A DNA stretch of 64,000 bases from Capsulimonadales bacterium (GCA_033762295.1 JANRLW010000051.1:1-64000), one strand, 5' to 3'. Shown: positions 28,506 to 39,721, numbered from the stretch's first letter. The notes: generated from the sequence alone by a model not told the origin. Translations and numbers: made by a program.

Positions 28506-29774
28506 ATGTTTTTTCACACAGGGGCCGTTTGCTTCGTCAGTGGCTTGCCCGATAACTCCGGCAGGACGCCCATCATCAAGGGATTGACGGAACAACTGGG
28601 CAGCTTCGCTCCGCTTCTGCACCCCTCGCCACGACTCGACCAGGGCGAGACGGATTTCGTTCGTCAGGAACACGATCTGCTCCGTATGTGCGCGGACGAC
28701 CCGGAGATCGCTGCGGTGGTCGTCATGCCCTATAACCCGGTTCTCAACCGATCCGCCTTCGAATATCTGCTCCGCTCCGGAAAGCCGGTCGTTATTCTCC
28801 TTCGGGACCTGAACGGCGACCTCGCCGAAACCTCCTATGATTTCGTCGGCGTCGATGACTTTAACTCCGCCCGGCGCATCACGCAGCACCTGATCGACCT
28901 CGGACATCGGCATATCGCCCATGTCACCACCTGGGAGCCGGTGTTCAACGTCCGTGAGCGCGAGCGCGGATATACGGAAGCGCTGGAATCCGCCGGTCTC
29001 CTGCGCCACAAGTGGGTCCTGCCCCATGAGAACGACGAGATCGGCCGCATTCTCATCTCCGAAGAGTGGCTGCGCCATCTGCTCGCGCAGCCGGACCGAC
29101 CGACCGCCATCTTTGCGCTCCACGACTGGGCCGCCCTGAATGTCCTGCTGACCGCCCATCTGATCGGTCTGTGTATACCCCGCGATCTCGCCGTCGCCGG
29201 TTTCGATGGCATCGCCCGGTTCCGACAGGGGCCGCCCCTGCTGACCACCGCCGTCCAGCCGTTCGAGGAGATCGGACGGCAGGCCGCAACGCTCCTCCAG
29301 GAACGCTTACGGGGTAAGGCGACCGGGGTCAAGCGGCTTTACTACCTCGAGGCGCCGCTGCACATCCATGAATCGACCGACCCGAGCCGGGGCGACACGG
29401 CGGGAAGCGATCTGCTGGTTCAGGATGGAGCGTGGCGTTCCCATCTGATCGATACCTGGATGCGTCTGCACTATGCCGAGGAGATCCGCCTGCACGATCT
29501 GGCCGCGGTCGTCAACGTCAGTCCGCGCCGCCTGCTGGAGGATTTCCAGCAGTATCAGGGCAAGTCCCCGATGCAGGCGCTTCAGGACGAACGCCTGTTG
29601 CGCGTTCGGGGGGCGCTATTGCACCCCGGTTCGAAAACCACGGTGGCGTCCGTCGCCTCGAACGGCGGTTTTTCCCACCTGGGCCGGTTTGCGGTTCTTT
29701 ACCGGCAACGATTCGGCGAATCGCCGTCGGATACCCTGCGTCGCGCCCGGACGCCGGATTCCGCCGCTTTCTGA
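28506..29774 (+). CDS. LacI-type sensor domain fused to C-terminal AraC DNA-binding domain
   Basis: HLIDLGHRHIA, PTAIFALHD, DLAVAGFDG, LTTAVQPFEEIG; C-terminal GFSHLGRFA..YRQRFGESPSDTLR. Confidence 0.85.
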   Translation: MFFHTGAVCFVSGLPDNSGRTPIIKGLTEQLGSFAPLLHPSPRLDQGETDFVRQEHDLLRMCADDPEIAAVVVMPYNPVLNRSAFEYLLRSGKPVVILLRDLNGDLAETSYDFVGVDDFNSARRITQHLIDLGHRHIAHVTTWEPVFNVRERERGYTEALESAGLLRHKWVLPHENDEIGRILISEEWLRHLLAQPDRPTAIFALHDWAALNVLLTAHLIGLCIPRDLAVAGFDGIARFRQGPPLLTTAVQPFEEIGRQAATLLQERLRGKATGVKRLYYLEAPLHIHESTDPSRGDTAGSDLLVQDGAWRSHLIDTWMRLHYAEEIRLHDLAAVVNVSPRRLLEDFQQYQGKSPMQALQDERLLRVRGALLHPGSKTTVASVASNGGFSHLGRFAVLYRQRFGESPSDTLRRARTPDSAAF

Positions 29775-30505
29775 GCGGCATCCGGTCCTCCGTCCGTGCG
29801 TTTTCGACGCCCGCCTCGCGCCCCCGAACGGTGTCGACTCAGGAGTGTCCCCACCCGCACCGGTCGGTGGCCGGTTGAGTACAGGGAGACGAAACGCGAA
29901 AGGATGATCGCCACATACATGATCCCGGCGATGGCCTGCAAAACACTTATCAGCCGAACCGGCCCGTTTCCCGGCACGATATCACCGAACCCCACGGTCG
30001 TCTGCGTCATGAAGCTGAAATACAGGATCTGATCGTATTGCACCGCCTTCGACGTCGTCGAGATCAGCGCTCCGGGAAAGTTCCACAGGATCAACGCATA
30101 GATGTTGGCAAACATAATCCCCATGACCAGAAAAAGGGAAATCGCATTCGTTATCTCGGCTTCCGTTACCACGGTCGTCGCCTTCAGCGAGCGAATCAGC
30201 GAATAACCGATGATGCTATGTGCCAGAAGCCAGCAAAGCCCCTCGATATCGATCGGTCCCTGGCGAAAATTCAGCAGGTCCAGCACCCACCCCGCCCCGG
30301 AAAAGAGGCCGAACAGAACCAGCGGGCGCACCGGACAGCCGAAAGCGCCCAGCAGAAGGCAAATGGCAATGAAGGTAACGGCGTCGAACAGGTGGTGAAA
30401 CGGCCCGGAGCCGGCCACCGCCAGTTCCAGCATTTCGCCCAGGAGAAAGACCGTCAGCAGATAGTGACCGCGCAGCGCCCTGATAAAGATCCGCACGAGA
30501 TTCAT
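29699..30505 (-). CDS. Potassium channel family protein
   Basis: YFSFMTQTTVGFGDIVP pore/filter, several TM helices. Tail overlaps the convergent regulator by 76 nt. Confidence 0.85.
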   Translation of the reverse strand: MNLVRIFIRALRGHYLLTVFLLGEMLELAVAGSGPFHHLFDAVTFIAICLLLGAFGCPVRPLVLFGLFSGAGWVLDLLNFRQGPIDIEGLCWLLAHSIIGYSLIRSLKATTVVTEAEITNAISLFLVMGIMFANIYALILWNFPGALISTTSKAVQYDQILYFSFMTQTTVGFGDIVPGNGPVRLISVLQAIAGIMYVAIILSRFVSLYSTGHRPVRVGTLLSRHRSGARGGRRKRTDGGPDAAQKAAESGVRARRRVSDGDSPNRCR

Positions 30506-30529
30506 ATATCATATATCGGACGCGGCGCG

Positions 30530-31264
30530 TTATGCGGTCGCGCCATCCCGTGCGGATTCCGCAATGTACGGATAAAGAACTCCTGCCAGTGCCGCCCCGA
30601 GGAGGGGGGCCACCCAGAACAGCCATAACTGCTCCAGCGCCCAGCCGCCGACAAACACGGCGGGGCCGGTGCTCCGCGCCGGGTTGACCGACAGATTGGT
30701 TACCGGGATGCCGAGCAGATGAATCAGGGTCAGCCCGAAGCCGATGGCAATCGGCGCGAAGCCGACGGGAGCGCGTCTATCGGTGGCCCCAAGAATAATC
30801 ATCAAGAACATAAACGTCAGGACAACTTCGGTCAGAAAACAGGCCATCAGGTTGTAGCCGCCGGGGGAGTGCGGCCCGAACCCATTGGAGGCCAGTCCTC
30901 CGCTCACACTGAAGCCCTGCTTTCCGCCGGCGATCACCGTCAGCACACCCGCGCCAATGATCGCTCCCATCACCTGTGCCAGGATATAGGGGAACGCCTC
31001 CCGGCCCGGAAATCGTTTACCGATCACCAGTCCGACGGTGACTGCGGGGTTCAGATGGCATCCGGAGATATGGCCGATCGCATACGCCATCGTCAGAACC
31101 GTCAACCCGAAGGCCAGCGAGACCCCCACAAAGGCGATGCCCATATTGATATTATTATTGTCCGAGGCGAGGAATTGGGCCGCAAGAACCGCGCTTCCGC
31201 ACCCACCGAACACCAGCCAGAAAGTCCCCAGCAGTTCCGCCAGCAGTCGCTTAACTAAAGGCAT
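30530..31264 (-). CDS. aqpZ: Aquaporin Z
   Basis: [37 protein letters not shown]. Confidence 0.96.
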   Translation of the reverse strand: MPLVKRLLAELLGTFWLVFGGCGSAVLAAQFLASDNNNINMGIAFVGVSLAFGLTVLTMAYAIGHISGCHLNPAVTVGLVIGKRFPGREAFPYILAQVMGAIIGAGVLTVIAGGKQGFSVSGGLASNGFGPHSPGGYNLMACFLTEVVLTFMFLMIILGATDRRAPVGFAPIAIGFGLTLIHLLGIPVTNLSVNPARSTGPAVFVGGWALEQLWLFWVAPLLGAALAGVLYPYIAESARDGATA

Positions 31265-31349
31265 GATCCGCCCTCCTTTGCATGAAATTAGCGATGGAAC
31301 CGGAGGCGTCGGTACACCGCTCCGGCAGCCATTCCGATCCTGTGATCCG

Positions 31350-32975
31350 TTATTTCGGATTGGTGAGTTCCGGGGGCAGTTTTTGATCTACGGCAGGGCG
31401 CTGATCCAGGTCGGCAACCTTCAGTAAGGTCAGAAATATCGTTCGAGTGACCCGTTCCATTTTTGCAAAGTCGATTTTCTCCACCTCATCTCCCGGCTGA
31501 TGATAGTCTTCATGGATTCCATCGAACCAGAACACGATCGGAATGCCCTTCTGCGCATAGAAGAAATGATCCGAACGATAAAAGATACGGTCAGGATCGT
31601 CGGGGGCGTCATACCGGTAATTGTATTCCATCCCGGTGAAGGCGTGGTTTGTCCGGAGCGTGATCCGACCCAGCGTCGAACTCATCATATTGGAGCCGAT
31701 GACATAGATCTCGTTCGGTTTCGTAAGATCCTTGTTGGCAGGGTTGGTGTCTCCTTCCCGTTTGCTGCGTCCGATCATATCGATGTTCAGCTGGGTGACG
31801 ACCTTTTTCAGATCAACGGTCGGATATTTGGTGAAGTATCTCGATCCGCGCTGCCCTCTTTCCTCGCTTGTGTGCCAGACGAAAAGCACGGAACGTTTCG
31901 GGCGTGTTTTTGTTTTCGCCAATGTTTCCGCCATGGCCAGGACCGCGACCGTTCCCGAACCGTCGTCATCCGCGCCATTGAAAATGACGTCTTCGTCCCC
32001 TTCGGGCACGTCCGAACCGAGATGATCGTAGTGCGCTCCGACAGCGACCATCTCCTCCTTCAGCTTGCGGTCTCGCCCTTCCCAGATCGCCACGACATTT
32101 TGTGTCGAGAACTTCTTTATCTCTCCGGTGAAGCCCACCGCCCCGGTTTTACGGATCACGAACGACTGACCGGAAGTCTCATTCCCCGCTTCCCCCTCCA
32201 GCAGGGCCTGTCCGACCCTGGCTCTGACGAACAGGACAGGAATGGCAGGGTCGGGAGTGGAGAGAGGTACATCCAGGCCCTCCGCCGAAAGCCCTGCCGC
32301 ACCGACAAGCGTTCTCCATAATTTCTCAATTTCCGGATGAACGATGACGATGACCGCCTTTGCGCCTTTCAGGGCCGCATACTGTACCGGGCTTGCCCAG
32401 TCCACACCCGACGTACCTTTTGTTATGTCTTCCTGAGTGACACCGGCCGGGGGTAGGGGAACCAGCCCTCCCTGATGGGCGGAAAGCACGACGATTTTAT
32501 CTTTGACATCGACTCCCGCGTAGGCGTCAATCCCTTTGGATTTGACCATCCAGCCATTTCCGGCAAACACAAACGTGCCCTCCGCGCTGCCGCTGCCACT
32601 GAAGCAGTAGAAGTCCCGACCATAGGCAAAGTTTTTGTCCCCTATTTTGAGCAGGGTCTTTTCAGGAACGGGCACGTTCTTGTTGAGGGTGATCTTTTGA
32701 AAGAATGTTCCGTTGTCTCCGCCCGGCTTGAAGCCCCATTGTTTGAGGTGGAAAGCGATAAATTGAGCCGTGACATTCTGACCTGCCGAGGGTGTCTCCC
32801 GGCCGCCGATCGCATCGGAAGCGACGAAGGTCAGGTAGTCCTTCAATTGTTCCGCCGTGATCTTCTCCGCGAGTTGACGTTCGGAACCGGATATCCTCAC
32901 TTCCGGTTGGGCCACCACGGACGAGGAGAGCGCCAGAATCAATAACAGGAATGCCGGGCGAATGGTTTTTCTCAT
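31350..32975 (-). CDS. M28 family peptidase with PA domain, exported
   Basis: [39 protein letters not shown]; signal peptide from MRKTIR. Confidence 0.92.
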   Translation of the reverse strand: MRKTIRPAFLLLILALSSSVVAQPEVRISGSERQLAEKITAEQLKDYLTFVASDAIGGRETPSAGQNVTAQFIAFHLKQWGFKPGGDNGTFFQKITLNKNVPVPEKTLLKIGDKNFAYGRDFYCFSGSGSAEGTFVFAGNGWMVKSKGIDAYAGVDVKDKIVVLSAHQGGLVPLPPAGVTQEDITKGTSGVDWASPVQYAALKGAKAVIVIVHPEIEKLWRTLVGAAGLSAEGLDVPLSTPDPAIPVLFVRARVGQALLEGEAGNETSGQSFVIRKTGAVGFTGEIKKFSTQNVVAIWEGRDRKLKEEMVAVGAHYDHLGSDVPEGDEDVIFNGADDDGSGTVAVLAMAETLAKTKTRPKRSVLFVWHTSEERGQRGSRYFTKYPTVDLKKVVTQLNIDMIGRSKREGDTNPANKDLTKPNEIYVIGSNMMSSTLGRITLRTNHAFTGMEYNYRYDAPDDPDRIFYRSDHFFYAQKGIPIVFWFDGIHEDYHQPGDEVEKIDFAKMERVTRTIFLTLLKVADLDQRPAVDQKLPPELTNPK

Positions 32976-33016
32976 AGGTTCATTTCTTCTGCGAAAAGCG
33001 AGACTATCGTTGTTTC

Positions 33017-35572
33017 TCAACGCTCCGTCACCGGAGTTTCCCCGGCGTTCAGCCCGCGCCGGACCAGAACCTGGCACTCGCGCAGATGGGCCAACGTTTC
33101 CCGGTCTCGGGCAGTCGCTTCCGCCTTTCGCAATCGAACGGACAGTTCCTCCAGCACCAGCCGCCCGGCGGCCCGATAGTCGCTGACCAGGATGTTGGAG
33201 GCGGTGGCGAGGTACGGAGGAACTCCGGCCCGGGTCAGTGACAATCGCATCGCACTCAGGTCCTTGACCGGCTCCCCCATGTTGTCAGAAAGCTGCCGCA
33301 GGTAGTTTCGTTGCAGGCTGCGCCGCAGCGGGTCGATCCGGAGGGCCCCCGAACGAATCTCGGCAAAAACGCCGTTCGTCAGGTCGGTCAGGTACTCCAC
33401 ATACGGGTAGCGATCCGCATCGTTGAAAAGGGCGGCGTCCTGCATGATGGTGGCCAGCGGCGGGGACAGCAGGGAGTTGAGCAGGGAGTTCTGACGTGCG
33501 GCGACCGCGTCCGCCAGAGCGAATGGCTGAATATTGGCATAGAGCGACGCGGGCATAAAGGCGGTCGGGCGCTGCAGGGCGTTGTCGAGCAGGAACTTGA
33601 GCGCGGCCTTCTGTCGGGCGCGTCCCACCCGCTGGAACTGCGCCCCGCGTCCTGCGAGCGTTCGGTTTTCCTGCACTCCGGCGATCTCCTTCACCGTCGA
33701 GCCGTGCAGGTCCAGCCAGGCATCCATGATCCCGCCGTACAGCTTTTCGGCATAGGCGAAGCTCCGTCCTTTCCGGTACGCGGTCGTCGGCAGGTAGGAA
33801 AGGGCGCGTTCCAGGTTTTTCAATCCCAGTCTCGTCGCTTCCAGCCGTTCCGCGCCGATGTTTTGCATCTGAACGCGCGGATCGAAAATATCCCGGTAGT
33901 CCTCCCCGGTCCAGATCAGCCAGGGGTTCGTCACCGCTTTCGCCGCCCAGGCATCCAGGGTCGGCCACTCCTCATTGGGCGTTCCGGCGTTCGGGATCGG
34001 CGAATATCCCCAGGCGATGACATGTTTATCGTAGGGAGCGATCTGCGCCATCAGGGACTCGGGGGGCAGTTTATCCTCCGGCTGCGCCACATAGTTGAAA
34101 CGTCCGTAGGCCATGATCGAAGCTACCGAGCCATGGCGGGCGGTGAACGCTTTGTCTCGCAGCTGTTTCACGGTGTAGGCGGTGCTGGCGCGATGGTTAT
34201 GACGCAGTCCCAGCGAATGGCCGACTTCATGCGCGATGACGTAGCGCAGCAAACGTCCGGTGACCTCGTCGGGCATCGGCAGGACCCGTGCGCGCGGGTC
34301 GGTTGCCGCGCACATCGTGTAGTACCAGGTCTGCGCCAGGGAAACCACCTGCGCCCAGATGAGGATATGCGCCGACAGGATCTCGCCGCTCCGCGGGTCA
34401 TGGATATTCGGCCCCATGGCGTTCGCTATCGGGGTCGACACCCAGCGGATCACGGAGTAGCGGGTATCTCCGGGGGTCCACTCCGGGTCCTCGGCGGCGG
34501 TCGGCGGATCACGCGCCACGATCGCGTTTTTGAATCCGGCCGCCTCGAAGGCGACCTGCCAGTCCTCCACCCCCTGCTTGAAGTACGGACGCCACTTTTC
34601 CGGCACTTCCGGGCTGATGTAGTATGTGATCGGTTGCACCGGTTCACTCAACGCCGCGCCCGGGTCCTTCTTTTCCAGCCGGTAGCGGGTGATGTAGGCC
34701 TTCTTTTCCACCCCGAAGGTCTTCTCTCCGGAATAGTCCTCAAAGTCGACCTTGAAATATCCCAGGCGTTCGTCGAAAAGACGGGGTTTCATCGGGGTAT
34801 CCGGCAGGAGCGTCAGACTGTGCCGGACGATGAAGGAGGCGCTTCCCGTACCGGGGAGCGCGTAGGTGAGCCGGACGGACGCCTCCAGATTTCGAGGGAA
34901 GGCCCGCACGTAGCCGATATCGCTCCGGCGCGGGTCAATAATTCCGCCGTTCAGGCCGCCGATCCGGAGGATGTTGCCGATCTTGAAATCGGGAATATCG
35001 GTCAAAAGAACATCGCCGATTTCGATCACGGCGTCGCCGGTCGGACTTTCCGCGACAATCGGGAACGCCAGGATCGTCACCGGTTCGCCGGACTGTTCCA
35101 GCGAGAGCCGCAGGGGATCTCGCTTCGATCCCTCCGCCGGATCGTTCCGCTGCGGCAGGCCATCGTCGCTCCGTTTCCTCGCCGCCGTATCGTACCCGGC
35201 GACCACGATACGGTCTCCGCGCCGCGACCACCGCACGAGGGATACACTGAGTTCCTCTCCGACACCCTCCGGAAAATCGGCAGGAACACGCGCTGCCTCG
35301 ACATGCCAGAGCATATCCCGGTCGTGCATGGCTTTCGGTATTTCCAGATACCATTTATCCTTCCGGGAGTAGACGGTGAAGAGGCCCGCGCGACGCGCGG
35401 CGTCCTTGACAATTCGCTCGTACGCCCCGGGGTCGGTCGGCGGTGTCTGCGCCGCCACCGGACGTACTCCGATCAGGAGCAACGCCAAAAGCAACGCCGA
35501 AAGCAACGCCGAAAACCGACGGAGAAACCGAAGGGGAAGCAGGGATTTTCGCATGTTCGCCTCAATAGCCAT
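33017..35572 (-). CDS. Zinc-dependent metalloprotease (Met-zincin, DUF5117/DUF4953-like)
   Basis: HEVGHSLGLRHN and SIMAY Met-turn, MKPRLFDERLGYF, DPRSGEIL; signal peptide. Confidence 0.9.
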   Translation of the reverse strand: MAIEANMRKSLLPLRFLRRFSALLSALLLALLLIGVRPVAAQTPPTDPGAYERIVKDAARRAGLFTVYSRKDKWYLEIPKAMHDRDMLWHVEAARVPADFPEGVGEELSVSLVRWSRRGDRIVVAGYDTAARKRSDDGLPQRNDPAEGSKRDPLRLSLEQSGEPVTILAFPIVAESPTGDAVIEIGDVLLTDIPDFKIGNILRIGGLNGGIIDPRRSDIGYVRAFPRNLEASVRLTYALPGTGSASFIVRHSLTLLPDTPMKPRLFDERLGYFKVDFEDYSGEKTFGVEKKAYITRYRLEKKDPGAALSEPVQPITYYISPEVPEKWRPYFKQGVEDWQVAFEAAGFKNAIVARDPPTAAEDPEWTPGDTRYSVIRWVSTPIANAMGPNIHDPRSGEILSAHILIWAQVVSLAQTWYYTMCAATDPRARVLPMPDEVTGRLLRYVIAHEVGHSLGLRHNHRASTAYTVKQLRDKAFTARHGSVASIMAYGRFNYVAQPEDKLPPESLMAQIAPYDKHVIAWGYSPIPNAGTPNEEWPTLDAWAAKAVTNPWLIWTGEDYRDIFDPRVQMQNIGAERLEATRLGLKNLERALSYLPTTAYRKGRSFAYAEKLYGGIMDAWLDLHGSTVKEIAGVQENRTLAGRGAQFQRVGRARQKAALKFLLDNALQRPTAFMPASLYANIQPFALADAVAARQNSLLNSLLSPPLATIMQDAALFNDADRYPYVEYLTDLTNGVFAEIRSGALRIDPLRRSLQRNYLRQLSDNMGEPVKDLSAMRLSLTRAGVPPYLATASNILVSDYRAAGRLVLEELSVRLRKAEATARDRETLAHLRECQVLVRRGLNAGETPVTER

Positions 35573-35587
35573 TCGCTCAGGTAACTT

Positions 35588-36373
35588 TCAGGGAACGACC
35601 TTCCGGAACTTCAGGATTCCGGTATCGATCGGTAACTGCAGGATCAGGTCTTCCTTTTCAAACAGGTAGCGGTTGGCGCTCTCCAGGTCTTTGAGGAAGG
35701 TCGCTGCGATGGAGTCGGGCGGGTCAGCCATTCGGGTGGCGGCCAGCGGTCCGATCTTCAGCGACCGATCCGACCCGGTTCGGAAGGAGCCGGTAAACCG
35801 GTTGTTTCCGGCTTTCCCGGTCAGTCGTTCGCCGGGACCGAACGTGACGCGCATCGTCTCGCCCGCCGGACGAACGGTGCGGTCATCGTTGTAGAGGATT
35901 TCGACCAGTTCCCAGGTAACTCCGGCAAGGGCGGCGGTCGTCTTCGACGCAACGAGCGGCCTGCAGTTCCAGCGGACCACCGTTTGTTCCTGCCGCTTCT
36001 CATTTCGCCGGATTGAGGTGAAACGCAGTTCGGTCGGAGTACGACGGATATCGGAGAGAAGAATGGTAATCGTCTCGCTCCCCTCCTGCCGTCGGAGGCG
36101 ATAACCGCTACCCGCCTTCCGCAGGGAATAGGTACGGCTTCCGGTCGCACCGGTTTCCGTATAGGTGGTCCGATCGATTCGCAGGGTCATGCCTACGATC
36201 GGTCCCTTGAACGTCTTCACCGAGATGCCATCCAGCCCCTGGCTTCGAGTTTTGGTAATAGTGGTGGTAATAGAACACACCTGCCAGTCGCCCTGAATTC
36301 CCTGCGCCCGGACCCCGGAAGCGCTGCCCGACAAAAGAGTCAACGCCAGGAGAGCACCGAATCGAGAAAACAC
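35588..36373 (-). CDS. Exported META (HslJ-like) domain protein
   Basis: LAGVTWELVEI...GKAGNNRFTGSF...IGPLAATRMA; signal peptide. Confidence 0.82.
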   Translation of the reverse strand: MFSRFGALLALTLLSGSASGVRAQGIQGDWQVCSITTTITKTRSQGLDGISVKTFKGPIVGMTLRIDRTTYTETGATGSRTYSLRKAGSGYRLRRQEGSETITILLSDIRRTPTELRFTSIRRNEKRQEQTVVRWNCRPLVASKTTAALAGVTWELVEILYNDDRTVRPAGETMRVTFGPGERLTGKAGNNRFTGSFRTGSDRSLKIGPLAATRMADPPDSIAATFLKDLESANRYLFEKEDLILQLPIDTGILKFRKVVP

Positions 36374-36554
36374 GCTTGCCTGCCCTTTCCCGGAATCCGA
36401 ACGGCGATCGGTCCGAAAGACGTCAGGACTCCGCTATTCAGTGTAAGGAGAGGACGCAACACTGTCTATCCGATAACTGCGTATAATCGTTCCGTTCGTC
36501 GCCAGATACGGATAGATCGTACGGATCGACCGGCGGACGGTTTCCTCCGCCGGT

Positions 36555-37715
36555 TCAGGCTTCGCTTTTTCCGAGAACCAGAAATCCGGCAAACAGGCCG
36601 CACAGAATCGCGACGGCGTACGGAAACCCGTACTGCGGACTCAGTGTCATGGCGAAACCGACCAGAAACGGCCCGACCAGCGCGCCGATCCCCCAGGCGA
36701 CGCTCATCAGCGCATAGATACCGATAAGATCTCCCCCACGGAACCGCTGTCCGAGCAGAGTCAGCATCACCGTATAGATCCCGACGAAGATACCACCCCA
36801 GACGAAAGCGAGGGTATTGGCGAGCGGAACGGAGGTCAGCGTCGCCGGCCAGAGCCAGGCGCCTGCGGTCGAGAGGACGGCCAGGGTCAGGGCCAGTCGG
36901 CGGGGATGACCGCAATCCGCCAGCCAGCCGATCGGCAGCTGAAGCAGGACCGCGCCGACCATCAGGAGGGAGACCATTTGCAGTCCCTGCGCCTCGCTCC
37001 ATCCGTTGTTGGTCGCATACAGAGTGATGAACGACAACCCGGCCGCTTCCACCGCCGCATTGAGAAACGAGGTGACGATGGCAATCGGGGCGATCAGTAG
37101 ATATCGGAAGGTCCGGGTGGTGCCGCTATCGGTCCGGGCGGGCGGGACGGCCCACGGTCCCAGCATCGGCAACAGCGCCAGGGCGGCGATCCCGGCGCCG
37201 ACTCCGAAAGCCGTCGGACCGGAACCGACCGCGGACAGGATCGCGGGTCCGCCCGCATACCCGAGCGAAATCGCCGAGGTGTATACAGCCATCGTGCGCC
37301 CGCGCGTCGTGTCGTCGCTCAGATCGTTGGCCCACGTTTCCGACAGCACAAACAGGGTTTCGGAGGCGATGCCCAGCACCAGTCGCAGAGGAAACCAGAG
37401 GTAGATCGACGTCACCGCCGGAAACGCGACCAGAATCATCGTGCTGAGCAATAACGCGGCGACGATCAGGACCCGTGCGCCGAAACGGTGCGCAAGGCGC
37501 GGGAGATAGGGCGCGATCGACAGCACGCCGACGGCGTGCAGGGCGGCATTCAGACCGATCAGCAGGGCGCCGCTTCCCCGCGCGGCAAGGTCCGCGGCAA
37601 TCAGCGGCGAAGTCAGACCGTAGGAGAGGCCGAAAATGGTAGCGACGGCGATCGCCTCGTACCTGCCGTTCGTTCGGCAGGTACCTGGAAACCTCCTTGC
37701 CGCTGCGTCGGGCAT
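36555..37715 (-). CDS. MFS transporter (YcaD-like), N-terminus apparently replaced
   Basis: About 12 TM segments, ETWAN...TRGRTMAVY, LQLPIGWLAD; first ~18 aa are atypical and overlap the upstream ORF. Confidence 0.8.
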   Translation of the reverse strand: MPDAAARRFPGTCRTNGRYEAIAVATIFGLSYGLTSPLIAADLAARGSGALLIGLNAALHAVGVLSIAPYLPRLAHRFGARVLIVAALLLSTMILVAFPAVTSIYLWFPLRLVLGIASETLFVLSETWANDLSDDTTRGRTMAVYTSAISLGYAGGPAILSAVGSGPTAFGVGAGIAALALLPMLGPWAVPPARTDSGTTRTFRYLLIAPIAIVTSFLNAAVEAAGLSFITLYATNNGWSEAQGLQMVSLLMVGAVLLQLPIGWLADCGHPRRLALTLAVLSTAGAWLWPATLTSVPLANTLAFVWGGIFVGIYTVMLTLLGQRFRGGDLIGIYALMSVAWGIGALVGPFLVGFAMTLSPQYGFPYAVAILCGLFAGFLVLGKSEA

Positions 37716-38535
37716 GGTCGTGCAGGATCAGGCCGACGGCCAGGAAGCCGCTGTTGGACGTAATCGGGTTGGCATGGGAGTATTTGAACTTGCCCCAGGG
37801 CGCGGTGATCCGCCCGGCTCCCAGGTCGATGATATTCTTCCATGCGTCCGCACCGCCCAGCAGAGGCGTTAGAAACTCGGATTTTTCCTTCGTCGTAATG
37901 AAAACCAGGGGCGTATTGTAGTATTCCCGCCAGAATTCGGTGTCGGTCGGTTCCACGATGCGGGGTTTGTTTCGTTCGGCAAGAGCCTCGTTCAATCGCC
38001 GCGCCCAGATCGGGCTGCTCGGCCCCCAGAGGATGGGCTTTTCCTTATCGTTCAGGATCGCCTGCATCGCTTCGCGCGAATCCGGATCACGGAAGCGGAT
38101 TTCGTACTGTCCGTCCGTCTCCCGGTTGAAGCCGGGAACCTCTTCCGCCAACCACTCCCGGTGAATCCCGGAGGCGACGAGGACCAGCGGGGTCCGGGTG
38201 GCGGCAGGCTGTGTCGGAGACGAAGCGACGGCGGGCAGGGTGCGTGTAAACACCGGCGTCGGCGCAGCCTCTTTACGTCGTGGCCGGATATCGAATCGAT
38301 AGCCGATCCGCACCTGGCCGCCGTCGAGAACGATATCCTCGCCGAAAAGGCTGGGGCGCGGGAGCAGATTGTATTCCACTTCCCCGAACAGTCCGTTGCG
38401 CATCTCCGCTCCCACAAAGACTTTGCCCCCGATCGTGGTCCGTCGATTCGACTGGGAGATCGGACGGGGATCGGATTTGATCCGGTACGGGTCGGTGGGG
38501 CGTGCAACCTGCGCCCGGGCTACGTTGTCTGCCAT
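37660..38535 (-). pseudogene. Mosaic ORF: beta-barrel-like C-terminal fragment fused to a truncated extracellular solute-binding domain
   Basis: GLFGEVEY...VRIGYRF barrel-type strands, then DSREAMQAIL...PILWGPSS...TPLVF...WGKFKYSHANPITSNSG, then the frame runs out of register through the MFS gene. Confidence 0.5.
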
Positions 38536-38886
38536 TCCGGGTCTATCCCGGTGAGATCGGCCTCACATCAACGATCCGGGTCAACCCATCGTGGAGTTTA
38601 AATCCACTGGCAGACGAGCGTCTATCCCAAAATTGCGGAGAACACCCCTGTTAACGTTCCGGAAACGGATAGACCATGACCGGGATTGTTCTTACAATGA
38701 AGGAGTCCCTGTGAAATTGAATCTTCCCGGATAGGCGACGTCCGAAATCGGACCTCGTCCGCCTTTCCTCTTCCGAACCGTCCGGTTGTCCGTCGGTTCG
38801 GAAGAGGAGACTTCGTCCCCCATGTCGGAAATTGAGAGAGGGCGGCCCCGGAGCGGCCCTCGACCGTAAGGAAGGTTTCCCCAATT

Positions 38887-39699
38887 ATGTTATCTCGAAA
38901 GCAGTTCTTAGTGACTTCCGCCACCGGTCTGGTGACGGTAACCTCGGGCATGATCGCCGGCTGCGGCGGTGGCAGCAATAACAGTCAGTCGGACGCGGTC
39001 AGCATTTCGACGTCGTTCAACGGTTCCCTGGCGAACGCGACGACGACCAACCCGGCTCCGGGCGCGGTCTTTATCGGACGCGCGACCGATTTCACCCTGG
39101 ATTTTGCCGGCGGCGATCCGCCCCGACAGTTCAACGTCGCCCTGCGCCGCTTCCTCGAACCGATCGGCGGTCAGTCCTTCCAGACACCGTCGCAGCGCAT
39201 CGAAATCTCGCAGATCACCAGCCGTTCCTGGCGCATCGCCCGGCGGGACAACTTCGATCTGGACTCCGGCGGCGTTTACTTCCTGGACCTGACCGCTTCC
39301 GGCGGCCAGCAGCAGCGCTTCGTCTTTATCGTCGGAACGACCCGCGCGGTGACCGAACGTCCCGGCACCAGTGGCTTCCTGGATGACGTTAACTTCAATC
39401 CGGACCCCGGCACCTACGGAATTACCAAATCGATCGGCGGTCAGGGATTCGAACTCGACTGGTCGCCCTCGTTCCCGCCGCCGTCCGAATTCACCGTTCG
39501 ACTGCGCCGCTACAAGGAACGACGCGGTAGCGATAACGGCGGAGATACCGAACAGGCCATCAACCTTTCCAAAGTCCGCGACTATACCTATCTGGTCCGC
39601 CGCAACAGTAACTTTGACCTCGACGGTCTGGCGGCCTACTACCTGGAGATCGAAGCGCCGGGTCAGGGAACGATCCGCGCGGCGTTCACCACCGCCTGA
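38887..39699 (+). CDS. Putative Tat lipoprotein with two homologous domains
   Basis: SRKQFL Tat-like motif, IAGC lipobox; internal duplication (PP..F.V.LRR..E ... RR..NFDLD....Y.L...A.G). Confidence 0.75.
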   Translation: MLSRKQFLVTSATGLVTVTSGMIAGCGGGSNNSQSDAVSISTSFNGSLANATTTNPAPGAVFIGRATDFTLDFAGGDPPRQFNVALRRFLEPIGGQSFQTPSQRIEISQITSRSWRIARRDNFDLDSGGVYFLDLTASGGQQQRFVFIVGTTRAVTERPGTSGFLDDVNFNPDPGTYGITKSIGGQGFELDWSPSFPPPSEFTVRLRRYKERRGSDNGGDTEQAINLSKVRDYTYLVRRNSNFDLDGLAAYYLEIEAPGQGTIRAAFTTA

Positions 39700-39721
39700 G
39701 TTCTTTCGACGGAGAATTTTC

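Noticed and set aside
35478..35515. 12-bp repeat AGCAACGCC(A/G)AA x3 in a signal peptide
   Set aside because: In-frame unit, cannot cause frameshift phase variation; hydrophobic low complexity.
38540..38886. Riboswitch or ncRNA in a long intergenic region with a strong hairpin near 38767-38808
   Set aside because: No recognisable aptamer consensus by eye; needs an Rfam scan.
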